Source: Phallusia mammillata (lineage: Eukaryota). From it: 64,000 nt of DNA. Both the position numbers and the translations under genes were made by a program. Numbering within the stretch: position 1 is the stretch's first letter; each line of letters opens with the position of its first letter. The stretch spans positions 12,276,001 through 12,340,000 of the forward strand of contig OZ281501.1 in assembly GCA_965637545.1 (NCBI GenBank). The letters run 5' to 3'. The notes below the pieces were generated by a model, which worked only from the letters and a program-made list of their open reading frames with translations, made no database searches and was not told where the DNA came from. This document shows positions 54,365 through 64,000 of this stretch, piece by piece.

Positions 54365-55988
54365 ATTTGAAGGTCAGTTGGTGAAAGTTTGTTTCACATA
54401 ACAAGTCATTTAAAACAGTGAAAGACTTTCCTTTTTAATACTGTATCTAAGAATAAACACAGGACTCATTGTACTTTGCATTAATAGTATTTTATGCTCT
54501 GTGGTATTCGGGAATGTTCATTGCGCATTTAAAATGTCGCTTCACGTATTTTTGGCGCAATACGGCGCAAACAGCTTGACACCGAAAAATAGCGTTTTTT
54601 TAGGCCTATTTTTTCTCGAAGTGAAATGGCGCACTTGTTGTTTTACGGGTCATTGGGAGAATGTCGGTTTAGTTACACTTAGGCGGTGAGACAATGATGT
54701 AATTGTATCTCGTCAAAGCAGGTTTAGTCATTCAGGCAGATGCAAAACGCAAAACTTTTTAATCAAGCACGATGATAGTTTTAATATAAGTAATTCAGGG
54801 GAATTGTTTCCGCTACTGTAGAAAAAATTCCTATTGTCGCACTGTCAAGGTTGCATCGCATAGACTTTGTACTGAAAAGAATTCCGTGTGAATGTCACTT
54901 CAATACGATTTCGCGATTCGAGGTAGCAGTCTGTCGCCAGTTTTAACTTTTGTGGTCAAGTACTCTGCTTTGCTTCCTTTTTCGGCAACCGCGGTAATTG
55001 TCGGTTTGCCAACCAGCGACAAATTAGTCAAAACAATCAGCGCCAAGTGTTCAGTATTAATAGAACTAGAGATTGAATTTGTTTTTCAACTGACACGGGC
55101 CAATTTTGCCGTGGGGGAAACCAAGGTCATTCGCAAAAGGAATAAAAGAGTAATACAAAAGGAATAAAACGATCTGGTAGTTTTGTGTTACTTCTGAAAA
55201 ACTGTATCGACGAATTTGGGTAATTTTCCACAGAAATTGTGAAATTCAACATAGCGTATTCAAAATTTACAACGCGTTTTTAAATGGATATTCATTGCGC
55301 TTTTGTTAACACTGTTCAAGATTCATAAGAAAGTATGTTAACTTGGCAGCAAAAAAACACAAAACAACTTGAGGACGATGGTTTTTGTGTTTGTATACTT
55401 TTCGTTCTGTTTGCTATTGTCATAAACAGTCGCATAATACTCGCCAGATAATAATATTAAATGCAATGAAATTTTCTTTGCACCAGTACCAATTCCCACT
55501 ATTTTCCTGGCACTTTGGATTTCTCTACATTGAAATGCCATGGAACCCAACACGGTCAAAGTCAACAGACTGCGTTCTTCTTGTATCTGCTGCGAGGCAT
55601 TCAATACAAGCGGCATTTAAACTGAATTCGCAGTACCACTTTGAGGACCACGCAGTACACCAGATTTATTATTAACGTCTTGTTTTGAGCTGATTAACGC
55701 TAGCCTGTGTGGAATTCTGAAAACTGGTGGTTGGTGTTAAACCTGAATATAGAGTATTGTGGAAGTAGTGAGGAAAGTCCCATGTTTAAAGTTTTTATAC
55801 AAAGAGCGCGAAACGGTAGACCCAGTTGTAGGTGCATTTGGTTTATAAAAAGACGCTGTAAAAAGCATTTAAAACAGAAAAAGCTCGTTTGCCACCAAAC
55901 TTGTGGTTTATACGTGCAGACTTCATCTGTTTCGGATTTAGCTCAAAATTCTTAAAAGTTGAGTTGATTAAAACTTACTTTGATTGAC

Positions 55989-58900
55989 ATGAATTTGTCG
56001 AATGTCACAACGTGGAAAGAGTCGGACATCGAAAGTTTCCGGTAAGTAGCACTGGCATTTTTTTTTCGGTTTATATTCATAGTAAAGTTTATGCATTATC
56101 TTTCTCAGCAACACGGATTTTTAACTTTATTTCTGAAAAAAAGTCTTGATGATAAGCTAAGTTTTGTACCATAAACGAAGTTACTTGGTTTATTTCTGAG
56201 CTACTTTAAAAATGTATGGACTTCACACGTATTGTTGCATTACCGTATTTACAACGGCCTGCTATGCCATGTGGTTTTCGTGCCACATTAACACAATGTG
56301 TTATTACAGTTGTTACGTCGCCACGCATGTAAACAAAATTAACACAATGCCTGTACAAAGTACAAACATACAAAGACATAGGCAAATTACAAATTTTAAA
56401 ACTTTAAATATTTCATTTTGGGAAATGGTACTGCTTATGCAAATTTGTTCGTAGTATACCTTCGGTAACATCAAATTAAAGTGTAAAATGAAATCACACT
56501 TTTACAACTTTCCCATGTTTTAATTGATTCGACCTTCGCAATGTTGTTTAAGTGGAGTGCTTTTTCTCCTGGCATAAGAAAAGCTGCTTGTGTGTAATTA
56601 AGAGTTTTACATATTCTTTAGCCGTCGGTGGTGTCAGTGGTCTTTTGTTAAAACGTCATTCGACCCTCTTCTCACAAACTTTCGCATAATACCTCCCCGT
56701 TGTTGGTGTGTGTTATCTTTCGTCAACGTTTCACGGTCACGTCCCGCAAACAAAACAAATACCGACCCACCTCGATAAGCCAATACCCACCTGACGATAG
56801 AAGCGCGACAAATCTACTTCAAAAACTCAAAACAAGTCATCAATACTGTATTTTTGTTTTTTTCAAAACCACAATCACCGTAAACCCATAATTTTCCTTC
56901 GAAATTTCTACAATTTGAAAGCTTTGCCCAGGGCGATTTTGTTCAAAGCAGTGTTTCTTCTGGGGATCGATTGTACTCGATCGTAAGAGTTCAACAAATG
57001 TGTATTAGGAATTGCTGAAACACCCAAGTTTTAGAAAGGCAAAATGCCAGGGAACTACTTTAGAGATAAATGGCCTACAGAAACACACACCAGATTTTGG
57101 GCAAAAACGCAGTGACTTCGTTATATTTTCGGATCAACGTTTTTTATCGCAGCATATAATCAAAATTTCGAAAAATAATTACACATTAAGACAACCTTTG
57201 ATGACAGTGCTCAATTTGACTTATTCAACATGTTGCGTTTAAAGGCTTCCCAGAGAAATCTTGCAAAATTGGCGGTATTTCGAAATTACGTGAAATGTGA
57301 AATTTGAACGCCCTGTGTGGTTTTCCTGTAACCTTTCGGCCTAGATGTACCAAAAAACGTCATGCAAGTTGGGTGCATATGCAACTTAAAAATGTAAAAT
57401 GTGTATACTCCCACGCCAGTGAAAGTCCAATTTAATTTTGGCGTAGGTGGTAAATTGCTGCGAATTTTACTTCACTTTGCTTCTCAGGTTCCTTGGTATC
57501 GGCATTGGAATCGCGGCGGTTGTGATTGGAACGTCTGGAAATCTTCTAACAATCCTTTCCGTGCTGAGAAACCCTTACCTGAGAAAAAGCAGCTTTAATA
57601 TGTTCATAGTGAACTTGAGCATAATCGACCTCCTTACAGCGTCAGTCATGTTGCCACTTAATGTCACAGGCTACTCGTTGATGCGTTGGTAAGTTATTAA
57701 TAATGTTTTGCTTAGTCAATTGGGAGAGTCATGCATTTTCGGACTCATACAGTATGAGTATGAGTCATACTAAACGCAAAAAGGCGTACTTATTTTACTT
57801 ACACCGTGGCATCGCAAGGGAATTGTTTTTTGTTTTTTTGCTTTCAATGTGATGGAATTGCCTTTTTAGAAGTACTGGTCAAATCTTTACGATTTCTAAT
57901 GTTTTTTTGTATTTTTTTACTTTGTCAAAAACAACTTAAACCTACATTATGTTGTTTATTTCATTGTCTCCCAAGCGCTGTGTTCATAAATTTAACCTTC
58001 GTGGCCAAAGTTACTTTAGCATAATATTTACTTCGCGTTTTGTTTTGGGTTTAATATTGCAACACATCTCCCAACCAGTGACTAAAAACTCTACACAAAA
58101 GGCGAAAACATCTACGCATGATTTGACAACAAACATTAATTGGAAGGTTAACCTGAAATGACCGACGCTTTTTTTATTGTTTCCAACGTCTGAAGGGAGA
58201 ATCAGCTTAAACGCAAATGTCCATGTTAGGCTGCCCAATCTACTCTTGTTGGTCAATGATACGCTGTAATCCTAAACAAAACAACACTACAAGTTCATGA
58301 CGTGCCACTTTCAGCCTGTTATGTACTTGTAGTTTATTTTGTTATTAACATCAAATTTTTGACTTTTCGCGGTTAATTGAGTGGATCAGACTGTTTCCAT
58401 CTGGAGATAAAATCAAAATCGTGCACGCAGGGGCTTATCTACAAAGTCTAATCTGTTTTAAGGTCAAAGATTAATATCTCCCAATTCCGGTGGATTGTTA
58501 CTCTTGCAGTAAAGTTTCAGTGTCGGACTTTAATTCTTTATCGGTCTCCGATACCTCAATTGTGCAACTGGCTGATTCAGTATTGCGCCTTCAACAGGCC
58601 TTCAAATCTATGGTTTGTTAATACAAATGTGAATTTGATACTTCAATGTAGCGTTGTACATGACACTTTCAGAAAGTGTGCATAACGTTTTCTTGTTTTA
58701 AACCACCACAAGATCGTTTTGAGTTAGACCCAAGAGAATACTGCAAACCTCTATCATGTTTCTGATTGAACATACTAGCTGTTGTCCGTAAAGATTGGAT
58801 ACAGCATTAATGCTTTGTTTTTGTCTACTTGTCGCTCCGAAACGTATATTCACAAGAAGCATTCAAGATAGTTTATAACATTGGTTTAAGTTTAATTGTT

Positions 58901-61900
58901 TCTAAAAATCGGTTCCCGATTGACACGATAACCTTGGCAGGCATATGTTTTTCCGGTACTTTTTTATGAATGAATCAGATCGAATTGAAACGTTCTCAAG
59001 TGCCGTCACGAAGTGATTGCGCCTCATCTATTACTGTTACAAGACAAAACTTACCTTTGAAAAACAAACTTCCGTTACGCAGCAATAGGAGAAATTACAC
59101 TTTACGCCTTGGAGTAAAATTCATTTTATTGGTGAAACATTATTTTGTTTGCGGTCAAAAATAAACACTCGTAGAAAACGCGATTTTAATACGTTTTTGT
59201 ATACCAACACAATACAAGTTCTGATTGGTAATTTTTGCATAGTTGTTGAACTTGTTACTATACTTAAAGCAAATTTTGAGTTCTGCAGCATGGTCACAGT
59301 TAGCCCAAAGCAAACCCACCCATGTTGAGATTCATCATTCACAAAACTAGATTGACGCAGTAAAGGCCAATGTGCAATCAATAAAATGGCGTCAAGACAG
59401 CTCCATACACACATCCAAGAAACCCCGCGACCTCAAGATATCTATGCTTTAGATATGAAATGCTGATTAGATACCATAGATAACGAGCCGAAATATGGGT
59501 AAATCGTGGTGTTACCTGTGCATTGATATGACTTCAAGTCAGTTGCAGCCAATTTTAACCACTGAATCCCACCAAATTTTCTTCACTTGACATGGTTTAT
59601 ATTGGTTTACAATTTACTTGACTTTTTGGGGGTTAATTGATAGATATGGATCACAAATCGTTAACTGTTAAACAACCCGCTTCACATAAGCAATATGGTA
59701 TGAGTACAAAATGTCATTACTATCAGTTCGCTTGGGTAAAGAGACCTAAGGTGTGCATTGGTTTCCCGATCTATTGAACTTCAAACAACTGGTATCCGAA
59801 GGCCCACGGTTTATATCTTGCAGCTTCAGCAGTCGTTGGAATGTTGTTGTATGTACAGCTTAACATAACGACTACCTTTCGGTGTGCCTCGACGTTCAGC
59901 TGTCAGCAAATCTAAACGGCCTTCGAAGTTAGGATTTGCGCCTTTTTCAGGGTTTGGCTCTTAAAGCCCAGGTAGACAAGGAATGGTTGTTAAAGTATTG
60001 TCGCTTTTCTTTGAATGAGTCATAATCAAAAAATCTTTAAAATTCAGCAAGTTCAACAAAACAAATCTTGAAATATAACAGTGAAATTATGAGACCGCGC
60101 CTGGTTTTTGATCACGTAAAAGTGTGTGGTTTTCTCCATTATATCATTTTTGTGGTATCATTAAAAGTTGCCAAAAGACAAGCGACCGCAATTCATAACG
60201 TGGCGTTGCATGGAAGTTTTTGTGTTTGCGCGCGACTTGCTTTAAAACGAGGAATTTGCCACAAACCACGTCCTTTTGGAGCCTGTGTCAACGATATATA
60301 TTGTATAGCAACAACAATGTAATTTGTTTTTTTAAAGGGTTTGAAAAATACCTTTCGACCGACGCCTGCCCGTGTGTTACATGTTCTGTATATTGTCGTC
60401 TGTTCATCAACATTTATGTTCGAATGCGACATAGGGCTACTACTGCTTATGGAGTACTTTTACAAAGGCTGTACCATATAGTTAACGTTTTCTCTCTACC
60501 TAAGCGGTTTTATAACACCAGCTTCCAACAGTTATAATGTTTATTCAGCTTGCGCAATTTGAGCCCTTTGGCGTGGCTTTTGGGCTACGTTTTCTTGATT
60601 GACCATTTGGTAAATTTGTTGCCACTTGACTTGCAGGCCATTTAGCGAGCAGGCATGCATCCTTCAAGCATTTTTCTACTTCTCGTGTGGCTATACGTCG
60701 GTGGTCTGTCTCATCTCAATCACCCTAAACCGTTTTTTAGGGATCGTATTCCCAGACAGGTATGCATGCAAGTAATCTAAATCCCTACAATAAAGTAGTT
60801 TTGCCAAACAGATAATCCGTCCTCCTGGTCTCGAACTATAAGTTTGACAATGCAATTCTTTTATGCATATTTTGGATTTGGTATTATTTAGGCAAGTCAA
60901 ACTCAGCAATATTTCACATCTAGATATTTACATGAACGTCTAATGGACCACCAAGTAATGTTTGCCCTTTAAACCACATTTTATTGCATTTGCCTTATCA
61001 CACAGACAAATCGAACATGATGAATTAACAGCATACGCGCTAAACAGTGTATACCTGTCCGACGTAAATGAACAATGTTCGACTACGACCGGTGGTGGTT
61101 CTTAACCGTTGGTTATGTACATGGATAGGGAAATTGTATTAGTCAATGCTATCTAAATTGTAGTTTCTAGTTTTACTCGAACACATAAGGTCATAAATCT
61201 GATTATTTGGCTTCAAAGTTAAGTTTTTTTTTCAAATCGAATGAAAAAACATTGTTGTTAATTTAAAATAATACCATGAAAATAACAGAGAGGGGAATTC
61301 AACAAGGACCAAAGACTTTGGGGAAGACCATTGTGGTAGTAATAGTTTAAACATAAGTTAGCCAAGGTATTAACAAGAGGTTAACATTTAACATTCGTTT
61401 TGTCAGATACACGTTGTTCTTTACTGACAACATGGTTCGTGTGTGGATATTTTTATGCTGGTTGATTGCACCAGCTTTTCTACTTCCATTTCTCGTCGTT
61501 TCTCTTCTAAATTCTTATCGTGGCGATACTCTCATCACTGGGTGGCGCAGTGACCAATTTCTATGCACTTTTGTCTCAATGCCACCAACCTGGAGACAAT
61601 ATATGCAGGTATTTTACTTTGTATAACATTTGGCATGCAAATTAGTTGATACAAAAATGTGTAAACCAATCACAGTTATCAAACAGCATGAAAAAACAGA
61701 AGTTTAACCCGAAATGCTGAAAGGGGGGTTTAAGGTAATGGTTTTAAAGTTACATGTAAAGCAACGAATGGAAACGGGTGTTGTTATTTATTTAGTGCCG
61801 TCTAATCTAATTCTTGGAACCAAATGCGAATTTCGCAGTTTCAATCAGACATTTGGCAATCGGATTATTTTCTTGTACTTTGCTATAGGTCGTACGCTTT

Positions 61901-63676
61901 CTGTTTCAATTCTTTCCAATCATTCTGATGTCAGCCAGTTACGCTGTTATGATTTATTTTGTCCACAAGAGCAACCGACGCATGGACGCAAACTCGCCAC
62001 CCGACTACATACTATACCAGGTAGTGTAAAGTTCATTTCGCTGAACTATCAATATATAACGTGATAATTTCATTGGTTGGTGAAGATTTGCGCATTAAAC
62101 GCTCGCTAGAGACATGCATCGACAACAGTAAACAAATAAACTTGAGCTGTAATGGAATCCAGATTTTAGATTCTGCGGATGCATAAGTTGGTTGTGCACA
62201 AATATTTACAGGTCTTTGCTTAAACGTCAAACAATGCAGCTGTAACATTGATCCTACTAATTGTACCCTCCACTCTTTTGTGATTCCTAATATCCCAACA
62301 TTATGGAACTATTTCAATGCTTGGGAGCTGTTTCAAACTTACGAGCTGTTGTCATTTCAGAGTTACTTAAAAAACTGATGATAAATAATTGCAAAATAAT
62401 CGAACTATAATGCGCCCTGCAGTGCCTGTCGTAAACTTTGGATAAATGTGGTGCTGAGAGAAGCGATAAGTCCACGGTGTTTGGCGGTTAGCTTCTTACC
62501 TTGTCTACACAATATACAACCTGTCTTGCCGATACAAGGACTTAGTCAGGCTAAAATTTGTTGTCCATTCTCTCCTTCACTATTTCGAGAATGATCTGTT
62601 AAGTGCAGATTAAGTGCAAAGCAGCGTTTAGTATAGTGGTTCTTAACCTTTTTATAATCGTTACCCATGTGAACAACTTATAAAAGTCATTTACCCCTTT
62701 TCAATAAAAGTAAAATTACCAACTATGATATCACAAAACTCAAAATTATCATCAAATTACTCCCCGAAAAAATTAAATTAAAAAATCGAATACCGACAGG
62801 TTAAGAACCACCGTGTGTAGTGCTAATGCACAAACGTTGAACTTAAAATTTATTTCTTAACACAGCAACGCATGCGAAAGAAATTAAGCAGTGCCACTGT
62901 GATTCACTATGGAGATTGTCGAACAGACTGCGATTGTTCGGTGATTATGAAGGACACAGTATCAATTAACAGCGTTCCAAGCGACAAGCCAAGGTAATAA
63001 GACGTTCCATTTAATATTTGACTTCTATTGTCCATCTGCAAGCAGTCAGGGCAAAATAATTTGAATAATCACGTTTCGGTTGCCAGGAAGTTATAATCAA
63101 CATAACTTATGGTCGCTGGGGTGCAATTATTTTTGTGGACACTGTTTTTACACATTGCGTGGGTTGTTGAGAGAAACTGGCAACTGTTTTGCGGTTGTTT
63201 AGCTATAAGGGTCAATATGGCGAAATCTCATTGACTTGGGTAATTTTGTTGTGTCGGCGTTTTGAGGTTTTGAAATTAAATTTTCTGAACATGATATTAA
63301 GACGTATATAATGTTGTGGTTTCCTGTCGTTAAAGCTGCAAGGCAACCATTTTGTTCAAATTTTCGACAGACGCGCAGTTTGAAACAATTTTATATGATT
63401 CACAACGCAACATTATACTAATCTAGCGACAACATATTGTAGACCTATTCGTTCCCATATTAAGTAACACTATTTATTTACTAGCTGGGCTATTAATAAT
63501 TTACCATGCGTTGGAAATAATGAAATATGGTGTTTTCTCTTTGTCATTTAGTAATAACGCAATTGACATTACGTTATTATTACAGGTTGGTTCGCAGTCA
63601 AAGCGTTTTGAGTCGGATATCTCAAGCGGTATTTAAATCTGAAATCAGCCGAGAAGTCGACGACAACATTAGCCTT
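55989..63676 (+). CDS. Class A (rhodopsin-family) GPCR, N-terminus to third intracellular loop, continuing past the window; resembles melatonin-receptor, GPR84 or Tre1/Moody types
   Basis: Phase-consistent exons 55989-56041, 57488-57688, 60637-60759, 61407-61608, 61889-62020, 62866-62993, 63586-63676. They give N-glycosylation sites NLS/NVT, TM1 GTSGNLL, TM2 FIVNLSIIDLL, ECL1 WPFSEQAC, TM3 end ITLNRFLGIVFP, TM4 CW, TM5 FPIILMSASY and a long ICL3. Confidence 0.88.
62634..62813. mobile_element. Small hAT-like MITE (180 bp) in a GPCR intron
   Basis: TIR TAGTGGTTCTTAACCT versus reverse complement CGGTGGTTCTTAACCT. No clean TSD. Confidence 0.6.
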
Positions 63677-63713
63677 GTAAGTCAAAGTTAGTTATTGTTT
63701 GATTTCTCTACAG

Positions 63714-64000
63714 CAGGGGTTCCCAACCTTTTTTCGATCTCGTACCACTTCGACGCTTTGTACTGCCACGCGTACCACTTCTTGCAGAACAACTTATTTA
63801 ATCGAATCATATTTTATTAATAATAATAATATTGGCCTACTAAAATAACACTAAAGCAAATTTAATGATATTTTTGCTTTTGTTTACTGTCCACCAATTG
63901 GCTGAGCAATCATTTGCCGTAATCAACGCCCACTGTCCCACAGCGTTGTACAGCTTTTCAAAGCAACTGTGCTTCTTGTTGGCAATTGACATGACCTGTA
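63714..64000 (+). mobile_element. Left end of a hAT-type MITE related to 42259-43474 (right end not seen in window)
   Basis: Starts CAGGGGTTCCCAAC, the same 14-mer as the 42259 TIR, followed by repeated CGTACCAC motifs. Confidence 0.65.

Noticed and set aside
54892-55675. ORFs of about 90 aa, open on both strands, between CFAP157 and the GPCR
   Set aside because: No recognisable motif, start context or splice pattern; possibly decayed repeat.
61090-61340. GGTGGTTCTTAACC, resembling the 62634 MITE end
   Set aside because: No convincing partner TIR or TSD.

Overview
AT-rich, intron-rich animal genomic DNA. The shortest host introns are about 60-65 nt. An ascidian or other invertebrate-chordate origin is plausible, but that is inference only. 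Five host genes are present: (1) the 3' part of ANKHD1/ANKRD17/Mask (KH domain plus a low-complexity polyQ tail; +, 148-11491); (2) a 6-exon, 232-aa gene with signal peptide, follistatin-like module, EGF domain and TM helix (TMEFF/ErbB-ligand-like; -, 27094-28405); (3) DHX16/Prp2 (+, 35415-46642); (4) CFAP157 (-, 46648-53392), whose stop codon lies only 5 bp from that of DHX16; (5) the 5' part of a class A GPCR with an NRF motif (+, 55989 to beyond 63676). Mobile DNA includes a very young BEL/Pao LTR retrotransposon (17320-24881; apparently identical 663-bp LTRs, ATAGC target-site duplication). Its LTRs each carry two 62-nt intron-like segments, and its leader has a palindromic repeat array where a tRNA primer-binding site would be expected. 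A 2.2-kb gypsy-type element in an ANKHD1 intron encodes an open Gag fused to the integrase tail and keeps only a 7-bp stub of its 5' LTR. There is also a degenerate 3-kb hAT transposon in a CFAP157 intron, a MITE sharing its ends nested inside another MITE in a DHX16 intron, several other MITEs, and a perfect 47-bp-arm hairpin. I found no rRNA, tRNA or CRISPR. Gene identities rest on recalled family motifs and manual splicing and translation; no searches were run.
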